From Candidatus Hydrogenedentota bacterium (GTDB lineage: Bacteria > Hydrogenedentota > Hydrogenedentia > Hydrogenedentales > JAGMZX01): a stretch of 64,000 nt of DNA. Under the pieces are notes generated by a model. The model worked only from the letters and a program-made list of their open reading frames with translations. It was not told the origin of the DNA and did not search any database. A program made the position numbers and the translations under genes. The DNA lies in the NCBI GenBank assembly GCA_029556545.1, contig JAKQEQ010000042.1, positions 18,729 through 82,728 of the forward strand. The letters are read 5' to 3'. This document shows, one piece after another, positions 21,429 to 31,684 of this stretch. The stretch's first letter is position 1; every line of letters begins with the position of its first letter.

Positions 21429-23696
21429 ATGGATGCTGCCCCGTCGAGAAGGCTGTGCGCCGCGTGCGCCGTCGCGGCGTTCCTGTGCATCGCCGCGGCC
21501 ATGTTCACCCATACCGTCCTCGCCCGCGCCCCGTGGTTCGGCGAAGCGCCCATGAACATCGCCGGCTGGATGACCGGCGGTTCCACGCTCATGGCGAAGC
21601 ATTGGCACCACGAGGGCGCGTGCGCGATGCGGTTCGCCATGGTTTGGGAGCCGGACTCCATCGAGCAGCCGTACCTCGGCGAACGCACGCCCTACGTCTC
21701 CTATCCCCCCGGCGCGATCCTGCCCCTCCATCTGCTGGCCCTGTGCCGGGGCCGCGAACCGACGCCCAGCCTCGCAATGGCCCTCAACCTCGCGCTGCAT
21801 CTGGTCACCGCCCTGGTCCTCGCGGCAACCGTCGCCCTGTTATTGCGGCGCGCCGCATTCTCCCGGTGGAACGCCTTCGTCCTCGCGCTGGTCCCGCTGT
21901 CGCTCTATCTCTACCTCCCCATTGCCTACCACGAACACCTCATGAGCTACTTCGCCGACGCCGCCGTCCTTCCGCTCTACGCCCTCTTCATCTTCCTCGA
22001 AATGCTCAGAGACCGCGTCGAAAGACCTTGGATGCGTCGTTCGCTGGCCATGATTCAGGGGTTTGTCGGCGCGCTCGGGCTGCTCACCGACTGGCTATTC
22101 GCGTTCCTCGCGGCGTGCGTCTGGTTGGCGCGGCTCGGGCGCGGGCGGCTTGGGCGCGGCATCTTCGAACCCGCGCGAAACTCGCTCGTCTATGCCCTGC
22201 CCTTTGTGGCGGTACTCGCGCTCTTCATAGTCCAAGTGATCGCAATCGGGGGAAAAGACATGATCATCGAGCGGTTCCTCCTGCGATCGGGAGCCACGCC
22301 CGGCCACGGTCTCGCCGACGGTCGCAACCCGCTCGATTACGCCTCGCTGGACACCTTCCTCAGGTTCTCGCTCGATACGCGCTTCTGGAACGAGCATGTC
22401 CCCGCATCCTTCGGCCGACACGGAACACCGATCATCGTCTTCTCCTTCGCCGCATGGGCCGTCCTGACGCTCCTGACCGCCTTCAAGACCCTGCTTCACC
22501 GCCTCCGCCCCCGTCGTGGCCGGTCTCCCGACCGTGCCACCGACACGACCGAAGGTCTCCCCCGTTGTGGCCGGTCTCCCGACCGTACCACCGACACGAC
22601 CGAAGGTCTCCCCCGTTGTGGCCGGTCTCCCGACCGTACCACCGACACGACCGAAGGTCTCCAATCGTCCTCACCCTCGCCGAGAGCAAATGCCGCTGCC
22701 GGCCTGCTCGCCGCCGCGTTCCTGTATCTCGTTCCCTGCCTCCTCTACTACCACGTCTTCAAGCAGCACAACAACCTCCTCTTTCACCGCTACAGCACCC
22801 TCAAGTTCGCCCTGCCCCTGGCCGCGCTGCCCCTCGCGATCCTGCCGGCCGCGTGCTGGCGACTCTGGTTTCCGGCCCCCGCACCGCAACCCTTTCCCAT
22901 AGGTAAACGGGGGGAGTGGAAATTGGGTCCCTTGGCCGGTCGATGCGCTCCGGTGGCCCTGCTCGCGCTCGCCGCCGCGTTTCTCGTAGCCGTGACGCCC
23001 GAACGCAAGGCGCTCTTCTTCTCCGATGACGACCTCCGCCACGTCGCCGCCGGAAAGTTCATCGCCGCGAACACGACCCGGAACGACATCGTCTTCGCCC
23101 CCGCGCGCCCTGCCTGGGCCGATATGCCCCAGTTCCGATGCTACGCCATGAAGCGGCTCCACCCCGCGAGCTCCGTCTGGGACCTCTACGCCTTTGTGCG
23201 CGATATCGACGGTCCCTGGCGCATCGCGCTGTTCCTCGACCGCGCCGACCGGCTTGATCGGCTGCCGGAGTTGCGCGCGCTTGGGACCCTCATTCGGGAC
23301 CGCGTTTTCTTTCAGGGCGCGTTGTTGCTTTATGTTGATAAATGTATTTTTGCATCGTTTTGTGAACGTATACGTGTCAATACGAAACACCCGAATGACC
23401 GCAACCGCGATGGCCGACTGACCCTTGACGAACTCGCGCCCGTCATTGACGCCTATCTCGCCGGGGCCTATCACGACGACCCAAGCGCCCCTTCCGGCTA
23501 TGCCGCCGGGCCCGGCCCCGTTGCACTGCCGCATCCCGGAGACTACGGCCCGGACGTGGTGGACGGCCAAATCAATCTGTCGGAACTGCTCCGGCAGACG
23601 CAGTTGTACAATAGCGGCGGATACCGTTTCGACGCGACGGCGCAAGGCCGCTTCGCGCCGCACGCGCCCACGGAAACCACAGGAAGCATTCCATGA
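21429..23696 (+). CDS. Membrane GT-C-like (ArnT/PMT-type) glycosyltransferase with C-terminal EF-hand/dockerin-like domain
   Basis: YVSYPPG, multiple TM helices, TDW; C-terminal DRNRDGRLTLDEL...INLSELLRQTQLYNSGGY. Confidence 0.6.
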   Translation: MDAAPSRRLCAACAVAAFLCIAAAMFTHTVLARAPWFGEAPMNIAGWMTGGSTLMAKHWHHEGACAMRFAMVWEPDSIEQPYLGERTPYVSYPPGAILPLHLLALCRGREPTPSLAMALNLALHLVTALVLAATVALLLRRAAFSRWNAFVLALVPLSLYLYLPIAYHEHLMSYFADAAVLPLYALFIFLEMLRDRVERPWMRRSLAMIQGFVGALGLLTDWLFAFLAACVWLARLGRGRLGRGIFEPARNSLVYALPFVAVLALFIVQVIAIGGKDMIIERFLLRSGATPGHGLADGRNPLDYASLDTFLRFSLDTRFWNEHVPASFGRHGTPIIVFSFAAWAVLTLLTAFKTLLHRLRPRRGRSPDRATDTTEGLPRCGRSPDRTTDTTEGLPRCGRSPDRTTDTTEGLQSSSPSPRANAAAGLLAAAFLYLVPCLLYYHVFKQHNNLLFHRYSTLKFALPLAALPLAILPAACWRLWFPAPAPQPFPIGKRGEWKLGPLAGRCAPVALLALAAAFLVAVTPERKALFFSDDDLRHVAAGKFIAANTTRNDIVFAPARPAWADMPQFRCYAMKRLHPASSVWDLYAFVRDIDGPWRIALFLDRADRLDRLPELRALGTLIRDRVFFQGALLLYVDKCIFASFCERIRVNTKHPNDRNRDGRLTLDELAPVIDAYLAGAYHDDPSAPSGYAAGPGPVALPHPGDYGPDVVDGQINLSELLRQTQLYNSGGYRFDATAQGRFAPHAPTETTGSIP
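22509..22662 (+). repeat. 3 x 51-bp tandem palindromic repeat, in frame within the CDS
   Basis: ccccgttgtggccggtctcccgaccgtaccaccgacacgaccgaaggtctc x3, encoding PRCGRSPDRTTDTTEGL. Confidence 0.92.
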
Positions 23697-25177
23697 GCAA
23701 TAAGACAAGGAGCGCCGACGGCGGCGGCCCGCTGGCCATCATTCTCATTGGGGCTTCAGGCGACCTCGCACTCAAGAAAGTGATTCCGGCGCTGTTCGCT
23801 CTGTACAGTCGGCAACTCCTGCCCGATCGATTCCAGATCATCGGCTACGCGCGTTCGGCGCTCAGCGACGAGGCGTTCCGCGAGCACATGATGGCCCACC
23901 TCACGTGCCGCTACGCGCCGGGCGACCAGTGCGACGCGCGGATTCGCGAGTTCCTCGAACACTGCGTCTACATCGCCGGGCAGTACGATTCAGCGGACGC
24001 TCTGCGCCGGATACAGCCCGCGCTGGCGTCCCTCGGCCCGACCGACGCGGTCAACCGCATCTTCTACATGGCGATACCGCCATTCCTCTTCATGGATGTG
24101 GCCCGCGCCCTTGCTGACGCCGGGCTCGTGACCCACAAGGACGACCCGGGCTGGTCGCGCGTGGTCATCGAAAAGCCCTTCGGTCGCGACCGGGCCTCCT
24201 CGGACGAATTGACGCGCAACATGGCGCGGGTGTTCGCCGAAGACCAGACCTACCGCATCGACCACTATCTCGGAAAGGAGGTCATCCAGAACCTGCTGGT
24301 GCTGCGCTTCGCCAACCTCATCTTCGATCCCATCTGGAATCGGGCCCACGTCGAGCACGTGAAGATTTCGTGGATGGAGGACTTCGGCCTCGAAGGACGC
24401 GCCGGCTATTTCGACGACTACGGCATTATCCGCGACGTGATGCAGAATCACCTGCTGCAAATCCTGGCGCTTGTCGCGATGGAGCAGCCGGTGAGTCTCG
24501 AAGCGGGTTACGTGCGCGACGAGAAAGTAAAGGCGCTGCGGTGCGTACAGCCGGCCACCCTCGAAGACCTCGTGGTGGGGCAATACACGGCGGGGTCCCT
24601 CCGCAGCGCGCGTCGTCCCGGCTATCGCGAGGAGGAAGGCGTGCCGCCGGACTCGATTACACCCACCTACGCCGCAGCGGCGCTCCGAATCCGCAATCGG
24701 CGCTGGGACGGCGTGCCCTTCCTCGTGCGCGCGGGCAAAGGGCTCAACGCGCGCATGACGGAAATCCGAATCCGGTTCCGTCCCGTGCCGGGTAACATCT
24801 TTCAGCATGCCGCGGGACACCTGGCGAACAACGAACTCCTTATTCGCGTGCAGCCCGACGCGGCCATCGCGTTTCGCATCGTCAACAAGGCGCCCGGACT
24901 GACCATCGCGCTCGAGGAAAGCGACCTCGACCTGCAGTATGCGTCCGCCTTCCCTGTACAAATTCCCGACGCCTACGAGTGCCTGCTGCTCGACGTGATC
25001 GAGGGAGACCGCAGCCTGTTTATACGTGCGGACGAACTTGCCGCGGCGTGGGACATCTTCACGCCCGCGCTGCACGAACTCGAATCGCACCGCATCCAGC
25101 CGCGGCCATATCCGTTCGGCGGTACCGGGCCCGACGCGGCCCAGGCACTGGCCGCGCGCTACGGCGCTACCTGGTGA
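23693..25177 (+). CDS. zwf: Glucose-6-phosphate 1-dehydrogenase
   Basis: GASGDLA, EKPFG, RIDHYLGKE, IRDVMQNHL, RWDGVPF. Confidence 0.97.
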   Translation: MSNKTRSADGGGPLAIILIGASGDLALKKVIPALFALYSRQLLPDRFQIIGYARSALSDEAFREHMMAHLTCRYAPGDQCDARIREFLEHCVYIAGQYDSADALRRIQPALASLGPTDAVNRIFYMAIPPFLFMDVARALADAGLVTHKDDPGWSRVVIEKPFGRDRASSDELTRNMARVFAEDQTYRIDHYLGKEVIQNLLVLRFANLIFDPIWNRAHVEHVKISWMEDFGLEGRAGYFDDYGIIRDVMQNHLLQILALVAMEQPVSLEAGYVRDEKVKALRCVQPATLEDLVVGQYTAGSLRSARRPGYREEEGVPPDSITPTYAAAALRIRNRRWDGVPFLVRAGKGLNARMTEIRIRFRPVPGNIFQHAAGHLANNELLIRVQPDAAIAFRIVNKAPGLTIALEESDLDLQYASAFPVQIPDAYECLLLDVIEGDRSLFIRADELAAAWDIFTPALHELESHRIQPRPYPFGGTGPDAAQALAARYGATW

Positions 25178-25182
25178 TCCTC

Positions 25183-25968
25183 TTAGATACCAGATCCGTC
25201 CGATCCGTCCGATCTACCGGCGTCCCCGGTCGCCGGCCTCACTTTCTCGACGATGTGGCCGCGCAGCCAGCGGAAATACTCAGCCCGCTCGCCGGTCCCG
25301 GTTTCGAGGTAGGCGTCAATATACGGCAGCGCCTGCTCGAGCGCGCCCTGTTCGTAATACATCAGGCCAAGCTCCGACGCATTGCGGCCTCCGGGCACGT
25401 GCTGCACGCCCTCGAGGAAACACGCCTCCGCCCGTTCCGGGTCGCCTTGCGCCAGCGCGATCTCGCCCTCGTAGTACTTCGCTTTCGCGATTTCGATGGG
25501 AAGCCCCAATTCTCCGGCGATAGTTATCCAGCGCGCGATGAGGCCCTCCGCCTCGGCGTACTGGCCCAGCGCCATCAGGCAGTCGCACAGCGGCTCGAAC
25601 ACCGAAAGCGGCGGCGGATCGAATACCGCAGCCTCGCGCAAGAGCGGCGCCGCCGCCTCCAGTTCGCCCGCCTGCCAGTGAAGCACACCCAAGCGTTTGG
25701 CCGTGTCCGCCCGGTTCTGTGGGCCGTAAAAAGGTCGCGCGATCGCCTCGCCATACACGGCCTTCGCATTCTCAATCGCGCCGGCCTCCTCGAAACGCAT
25801 GGCCCGATCCATCAGCACCTCGCCAAGTTCGTTGTCGAGTCCATCGATGAACTCGCCCCCAAATCGCGCATACGCCCACGCCGCTGCAAAGAACACCGCG
25901 ACGCCGGCCACCGTAAACGCGGCCAGCGCCACCATCAGTTCCCGACGTGAGATCGCTTCCGTGCTCAT
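25183..25968 (-). CDS. Membrane-anchored TPR protein
   Basis: N-terminal TM helix; TPR-like helices (LGVLHWQAG, YYEGEIALAQG, ELGLMYYEQG). Confidence 0.7.
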   Translation of the reverse strand: MSTEAISRRELMVALAAFTVAGVAVFFAAAWAYARFGGEFIDGLDNELGEVLMDRAMRFEEAGAIENAKAVYGEAIARPFYGPQNRADTAKRLGVLHWQAGELEAAAPLLREAAVFDPPPLSVFEPLCDCLMALGQYAEAEGLIARWITIAGELGLPIEIAKAKYYEGEIALAQGDPERAEACFLEGVQHVPGGRNASELGLMYYEQGALEQALPYIDAYLETGTGERAEYFRWLRGHIVEKVRPATGDAGRSDGSDGSGI

Positions 25969-28880
25969 GGCGAACCTCCCGCGCCGGCATCCGCGGACTG
26001 TCCGCGTTCGAGCGCCGCCAGTTCCGCCTCCAGAACCGCGTACAGCGCCGAACTCGCGGCCGTCTTCTGGAGCAGCGCCTTATACTCGAATCGGGCCTCG
26101 GCCGCGCGGCCCGACTCCGCAAGCCGCCGCGCCAGCATGTGCCGCGTCAGCATCTGCTCGCCCCCTTCCGCCGCCGCCTGGCGCGCCGCATCGAGCGCCT
26201 CGGCCGCGCGCCCCAAGCGCGCGAGCGCCTCCGAGTAGTGGGCGAGCGCCGTGGCCCGTTTCGCGCCATCGAGTCCCGGCATTGCCGCCGCGAACACTTC
26301 GTGCGCCGCTTCCCAACGCCCGCTCCACACGAAAAGTTCGCCCATCGCCGCGAGAAAGGCCGCCTGATCAACGGGCGTCATCGCCGCCGACTGCAAGGAG
26401 TCAATGTACAGGTCGCCGATCCAGCTCAACGTGCGCTGCACGGCATCCGCGTCGCGCCCGAACGCAGGCGAGCGCGCCAGCGCGGCCAGTTTTTCGCCGC
26501 CCGCCAACAGCGACGCCGATGTGGGCACATCCAGCGCCGCCAGCAGCCCCAGCGCCTCCGGCGGAGTCCTGCGCTCCGCCTCCAGGCGGGCTATCGCCGA
26601 CACGGCGCGTTTCGCAAGCGCCGCGTTCCGCGTGGACCGGTCCATGACAATACTCAACTCGCCCCATAAGGGGAGGGAGGCCGGGTCGCGGTCGAGTGCC
26701 GCGTCGATCACCGTGCGCGCAAGCTGGACCTCCCCCGCTTCGCGATAGACCACCGCCTGGTGCCATGCGATTTCCGACAACGTCGCCGCCTGCGGCGGCT
26801 GCGCCCGCGCAAGACGCTCCGCCGCCGCGTGGAGCGCGTCCAGGAAACAGGCGCGCCGGTCGCACTCGCGCGCAAAGCCGTGATACACGCGCCACAGTTC
26901 AGGATCGTCAGGCCGCAGTTCCGCCGCCTGCCGGAACGCCCGCTCCGCCTCATCGACCGCACCGGCGTTGGCCCACGCAAGCGCGATCCGCTGTTGCAGA
27001 CCCGCCCGGTCGCGCGCGCCGTACACCAGCGCCCGATTCAGATGCTCCGCGACAACACGCCAGGAGTCGGCGTCATGCGCCTGAGTCGCGGCAAGGGCCG
27101 CGCGCATATCCCACAGGTCCGAGAGCGGCGGACAGAGCCGCTCGAGGCGATCAAGCACCCGCGCGGCGTCCTCCCGCGCGCGCGCGGCGCGCTCCGGCTG
27201 CGATTCCCGCGCAAGGACGGCGATATTCACGCGGGCCCGGGCCAGGCGCAGTAGCGCCTGCACGTCCCGGCAATCCTCCTGGTCGGCCCAGACCAGCCGT
27301 TTGACCGCCCCCGCATTGTCGCCCCGCCGCAGATCGAGTAAGGCCATGAACTGAGGGAATCGCGTGTCCCACGACGCAAGCGCCGCGCCGCGCGCCAGCG
27401 CTTCATAGGCTTTCCGGCGCACCGCCGCCGCCGCCGCGTTGTCGCCGCGCGCGGCGTATTGTTCCGATCCGTAGCGCGCGAACTCGGCCGTCTGCAAGTG
27501 CCGCTCCGCCGCGAACCACTGCGTCCCGTAGTACGCCGACACGAGGGCCGCAATCCCCGCGACGCTCGCGACCGTCACGGAGGCGGACCGACGCATCGCG
27601 CGCCCTGGCGCGAGCGCATCGAGTCCGCCAAGCAGCATGAAGAACAGGCCCGACGATACCGGAACACGGGCGTTGAAACCGAAGAAGCCGTCCACGGCGA
27701 AGACGCAGACGCAGGCCGCAAGCGTCATGCCGAGCCGACGCCGGTCCGGGTCGTCTCTCACGGCGGCGAGGGCCAGCCCCTGAAGCAACGCCCAGACCAG
27801 CAGAGCGATGTAGACCGCCGCGCCCGGCACGCCGGTCTCGACGGCGGTTTCGAGCAGGTCGTTGTGGACGTGCATGTTCTTCTTGCCCGTCGTCGCGAAC
27901 CAGTACTGCTCGTACTCCGTCCAATACGCCGCGTTATGAAGCGCATACTGACCGGGACCGAATCCCAGCGGCGGTTTGTCGAGCGCCATCCGCGCCGCGC
28001 CGTAGTAGCCGTTGTAGCGCAACAGTAGCGAACTGTCCAGCGGCACGTCCGCCCCGCGCGCCTCCGCACTTTCGCCCGCACCGCCCCGCCGGGAAACGAT
28101 CCCCGTTCGATACGCCGCCAGCAAACCCGCCAGCGCGACAGCGGCGACAATCACAGACGTCATCAACGTCACCCACGCCGCGCGCGCGGGGCGCGCTTCC
28201 CGGCGACACACCAGGGCCGCGATTCCCACAAGCGCGAGTGCGGCCAGCACCGCCACGCGCGGGCCGCGCGTGGACGTGAGATAAAGGTGGACACCGATGA
28301 GCAGTCCCGGCGCGATGTACAGCGGCTGACTGCGCGCCAGGCCCGCCGCGAGGATCAACGCGATCACGAGCGTGTGCGCCGCGAAATTCGGGTTGGCGTA
28401 GGTCGCCGGGAGCCCGAAATACTCCTCGACGTCCTTCTGGCCCCAGGGGAACGGGTCCGGCAGGCCGCTCGCCTGGTACAGCCCGTAGAGGCTCGATAGC
28501 GCCACGGCGAGAACCATGACCCCGGCAAGCCGCCGCACGTGCGCGGGCGTCCGGCAGGCGTGCGCGGTATAGAGCGCCAACAGCGAAAGCCCAAGCCATC
28601 GGCGTAATTCGACGAGACCGTGGGCCGCGCTCTCCGACGCCAGCGCGGACGCGAGATGAACAAGCAGAAACACCGCCAGCAATGCCGCCAGCGGCGACCG
28701 CCACCGCAACGCGCCGCCGGCAAACAGCGCATCCGCCACGCACAGCGGCGCAATCAGGAGCAGCGCCCAGTCCGTGATGAGCTGCTTGATCGGCCCCGCC
28801 GGGTTGTGCGTGTAGGGGTACAGGGCAAGCACAAGAAGGAACACGTACCCCATCAGGAGCGCGCGCATGCCCCGCCGCAT
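25965..28880 (-). CDS. O-antigen ligase (Wzy_C) family membrane protein with TPR tail
   Basis: ATYANPNFAAH, LTSTRG, PPLGFGPGQY, HVHNDLLE..VETG; start uncertain. Confidence 0.85.
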   Translation of the reverse strand: MRRGMRALLMGYVFLLVLALYPYTHNPAGPIKQLITDWALLLIAPLCVADALFAGGALRWRSPLAALLAVFLLVHLASALASESAAHGLVELRRWLGLSLLALYTAHACRTPAHVRRLAGVMVLAVALSSLYGLYQASGLPDPFPWGQKDVEEYFGLPATYANPNFAAHTLVIALILAAGLARSQPLYIAPGLLIGVHLYLTSTRGPRVAVLAALALVGIAALVCRREARPARAAWVTLMTSVIVAAVALAGLLAAYRTGIVSRRGGAGESAEARGADVPLDSSLLLRYNGYYGAARMALDKPPLGFGPGQYALHNAAYWTEYEQYWFATTGKKNMHVHNDLLETAVETGVPGAAVYIALLVWALLQGLALAAVRDDPDRRRLGMTLAACVCVFAVDGFFGFNARVPVSSGLFFMLLGGLDALAPGRAMRRSASVTVASVAGIAALVSAYYGTQWFAAERHLQTAEFARYGSEQYAARGDNAAAAAVRRKAYEALARGAALASWDTRFPQFMALLDLRRGDNAGAVKRLVWADQEDCRDVQALLRLARARVNIAVLARESQPERAARAREDAARVLDRLERLCPPLSDLWDMRAALAATQAHDADSWRVVAEHLNRALVYGARDRAGLQQRIALAWANAGAVDEAERAFRQAAELRPDDPELWRVYHGFARECDRRACFLDALHAAAERLARAQPPQAATLSEIAWHQAVVYREAGEVQLARTVIDAALDRDPASLPLWGELSIVMDRSTRNAALAKRAVSAIARLEAERRTPPEALGLLAALDVPTSASLLAGGEKLAALARSPAFGRDADAVQRTLSWIGDLYIDSLQSAAMTPVDQAAFLAAMGELFVWSGRWEAAHEVFAAAMPGLDGAKRATALAHYSEALARLGRAAEALDAARQAAAEGGEQMLTRHMLARRLAESGRAAEARFEYKALLQKTAASSALYAVLEAELAALERGQSADAGAGGSP

Positions 28881-29021
28881 TATCGTGTCCGATTCCCGCA
28901 TGCGTGGTGGTATAGCAAGTCGCGCGCATGCAGGCAAGTCAGCCTCGCGCATCACGCGGTAACACGGGAATTCCAGGAATGCCCGGCCCGCGTAAGCGTA
29001 ACCTGCAATGCAATGTCGCGA

Positions 29022-29362
29022 TTACTCCGACCTCAGTGCAACGGACCGGGATTCCAACGATGAGAGACGCAGCAATCGCTGGTCATTTGTCAACAGCTCC
29101 GCTCCGAGAACCTGCGCTGTTGCTGCGATTATCGCGTCCGGCAGCTTCACACTTTCTCTGCGGCGTATTTTGATCGCGGCATATCGAATGTCAGGGGTAA
29201 GCTCAACAACGCCGACATCGCCCAGGAACACCCCAATCTCGTCTAGCTTAATAACTCCATCTCTGTGATGACGGAGACATAGTACGCGCACGACTCCAGG
29301 TCTTCCGCCACCATTCCTCGGAGAAGATAGAGGACGACGTTCGTGTCCAGAACGCGCCTCAC
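29022..29362 (-). pseudogene. vapC: VapC/PIN toxin, disrupted
   Basis: GTG 29362 gives VRRVLDTNVVLY...SVITEMELLS then TAG (29243-29245); the C-terminal half (KLPDAIIAATA...LLTND) is in another frame. Confidence 0.85.
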
Positions 29363-29580
29363 CTCTCCCATTCTTCGCGCATCCGATGTTGAAAAGCCAA
29401 CGGCTCCTCGCCGCCCTTCAACTTACCCGAGAACGCCATCAAGTCCACCATCGCCGGCGCCCGCCTTCGAACGCCGCCAAGCTGTTGCTCGATTTCCAGC
29501 CAATCCCCGTAGGCAATCTGCACGGCTATCGGCTTTCCGGCGTCATCGGTGACAATCTTCTTTCGAATTTCTTGCATCAC
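29359..29580 (-). CDS. Putative antitoxin of the VapC pair
   Basis: 73 aa; IVTDDAGKPIAVQI; ends PLAFQHRMREEWER; GTGA overlap with the PIN gene. Confidence 0.7.
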   Translation of the reverse strand: MMQEIRKKIVTDDAGKPIAVQIAYGDWLEIEQQLGGVRRRAPAMVDLMAFSGKLKGGEEPLAFQHRMREEWER

Positions 29581-29617
29581 CGTATTCCATCACAACTCGT
29601 CGCTTCGTGCGATTATA

Positions 29618-30487
29618 TCACGTTACGAAGCGCATTGGCGCGGGCCGCGGGTCGTCCGGGGCGACTTCCTCGGGCGAACACACCGGTGTGATGCCCGTAT
29701 CGATCCAGTGTTGCACCAGGCCGCGCAAGACCGGCGCCATCGCGTAGTACTGCCGCCCCTGTTCTTTCGGGTTGGCCGTTATCGCCGCCTCGCCCCGGAG
29801 GAACGCGGGCAGCACCTCCAAGAGCAGATCAAGCCCCGCCAGCACCACGCGCGCCCGGATGTGGCCAAGCTGCTCGCCTTGCGCCACGTCCACCACCCGG
29901 CGCGCGAGAATAGGGCCCGTGTCGATGCCACGGTCGATGAGGTGCACCGTCGCCGCGGGCTGCATGCCGTAGTACAGGCTCCATTCGGCGGCGTTCATGC
30001 CCCGAACGTGGGGCAGCCACGCGCTGTGCACGTTCAGGATGCCGCCGGGCACGCGTTCGAGGAAGGATGCGCGGAGTATGCCGCCGCCGGTAAAAAGGGC
30101 GTGACGTGGCCCGTATTGGTCGAGGAGGCGCAGCGCCGTCAACGAGTCGAGGCTTGGAACGACGTGCAAAGGCACGTCGAGTTCGCGACACAGCCGACGC
30201 AGACTGCGATGAGGCACGTTCCAGTCATCGAGTCGTTCGCGATACGTCGCGTATTCCGCGTCGTGAACCGTCGCCGTGCGGAACCCGAGCGCGCTCGCGA
30301 CGCGCCCGACCGCCTCGGGGCCCAGTCTGCGCCGCCACTGTCGCCACCGTCTCGGCGAGAATTCGTTGACGCACAGCACGGCCTTGACGGGCGGCGCCTC
30401 GGCCACGCGCCGCTTGAGCGCCCACAGGAGCGCCAGCGCCGTCGGCGCGCGCCGGTAGCCCGCCAGTAGGACGACGCCGTCAGCCAT
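29618..30487 (-). CDS. Formyltransferase family protein
   Basis: ILNVHSAWLPHVRG and TVHLIDRGIDTGPI. Confidence 0.85.
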   Translation of the reverse strand: MADGVVLLAGYRRAPTALALLWALKRRVAEAPPVKAVLCVNEFSPRRWRQWRRRLGPEAVGRVASALGFRTATVHDAEYATYRERLDDWNVPHRSLRRLCRELDVPLHVVPSLDSLTALRLLDQYGPRHALFTGGGILRASFLERVPGGILNVHSAWLPHVRGMNAAEWSLYYGMQPAATVHLIDRGIDTGPILARRVVDVAQGEQLGHIRARVVLAGLDLLLEVLPAFLRGEAAITANPKEQGRQYYAMAPVLRGLVQHWIDTGITPVCSPEEVAPDDPRPAPMRFVT

Positions 30488-31613
30488 GCGTCGCGCCTCC
30501 CGCGTCAAGCGCATCGAGACGTCGTTGGAAATCGAGCATCGCATCGACAAAGAATTTCGCGGCCCAATTCGGGTAGCGCATGGTCAGATAACACCCATAT
30601 AGCGGATGCGAGCCCGCGATCGCGCCGTGCAGCCGCCGCCCCGGTCGCAGGCGCTGCCGCCGGCACACCTCGTCCAGCGCCTTCGCCGCGACGTTCAGAT
30701 AGCGCGGGTCGCCGCCGCGCTCGTACACGCGCAGCCAAGCCGACGCCAACTGGCAGTGGCCCGTGAGGCACACGAAACTGAGATCGCCCCGCCAGTCCGC
30801 GTCGTAGGAGCCGGCGATGCGCCCCTGTGTCTCGCACCGGCGCAACAGGCGCGCGCAGGAGTCCGCCGCGGGCGCGCCGTATCGGTCCCAGGCCTCGAGC
30901 GCGACGGCGCACTCGAGCAGTCCCTGAAGGATGTAGCCGATGGTGTGCGTAAACGCGGGCGCGCCAGGTCGAAAGCCCCAATTCACGAACGCGCCGTTCG
31001 CGAGCCGATCCGACAAGACCGCTTCCAGGCCCCGTTCCACGCAACGAAGCACCTCGGGGTCTCCAAACTGCTTCCCATACACGGCGAGGGGCCAGCACAC
31101 GTGGGCGTAGTAGCTCGGCGAAAATTCCGGTTCATAGGCGTGCTTCCGCCAGCGTCCGTCGGGGTCCTGCTCGCGGACAAGCCACGTCGCCGCGCGCTCC
31201 GCGGCCTCGTGAAACCGCGACTCGCGGCTGTACACGTGCATGACACACAGGCCGAGCAGGATTTGCGCCGTGTTGAACACGCTGGCCCGCCCGGGCCGCC
31301 TCGGGCGATACAGTCCGCCCGGAAACGCGCCCTCCGGCAGTTGCAGCGCCAACAACCAGTCCGCCATTCGCAACGCCCGTACCGCATACTCCGGGTAGTC
31401 GTAAACCGCCGCCGCCCGCAGCAGCGTCGGGATGATATAGCCCGTTGTCTCGGGATAGGGCGGAAACCACCCCACAATCGGCACATAGTACGCAGACGAC
31501 CCGCCCCCGGCGACAGCGTCCTGAGACGCGCACAGCCAGTCCAGCGCCGCGCGGATGCGTTCGGACATCGCCGCGCGCGCGGCTACGGGCTCATCCGGTA
31601 ATGGTCGCTTCAA
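30480..31613 (-). CDS. Alpha/alpha-barrel (prenyltransferase/squalene-cyclase-repeat) protein, glycan-locus associated
   Basis: YPETTGYIIPT, QxxxGxW/F repeats, HTIGY, CLTG, YPNWAAKFF. Confidence 0.7.
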   Translation of the reverse strand: MKRPLPDEPVAARAAMSERIRAALDWLCASQDAVAGGGSSAYYVPIVGWFPPYPETTGYIIPTLLRAAAVYDYPEYAVRALRMADWLLALQLPEGAFPGGLYRPRRPGRASVFNTAQILLGLCVMHVYSRESRFHEAAERAATWLVREQDPDGRWRKHAYEPEFSPSYYAHVCWPLAVYGKQFGDPEVLRCVERGLEAVLSDRLANGAFVNWGFRPGAPAFTHTIGYILQGLLECAVALEAWDRYGAPAADSCARLLRRCETQGRIAGSYDADWRGDLSFVCLTGHCQLASAWLRVYERGGDPRYLNVAAKALDEVCRRQRLRPGRRLHGAIAGSHPLYGCYLTMRYPNWAAKFFVDAMLDFQRRLDALDAGGATHG

Positions 31614-31684
31614 GATGGGTTCACTCCCGCTTCGCCGAGCAGTCTACGGGAAGGACCGCGCGGGGTGTCAAGCAACTCGCACTT

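Noticed and set aside
22509-22662. Possible mini-CRISPR
   Set aside because: Units are head-to-tail near-identical with no spacers and lie in frame within a CDS.
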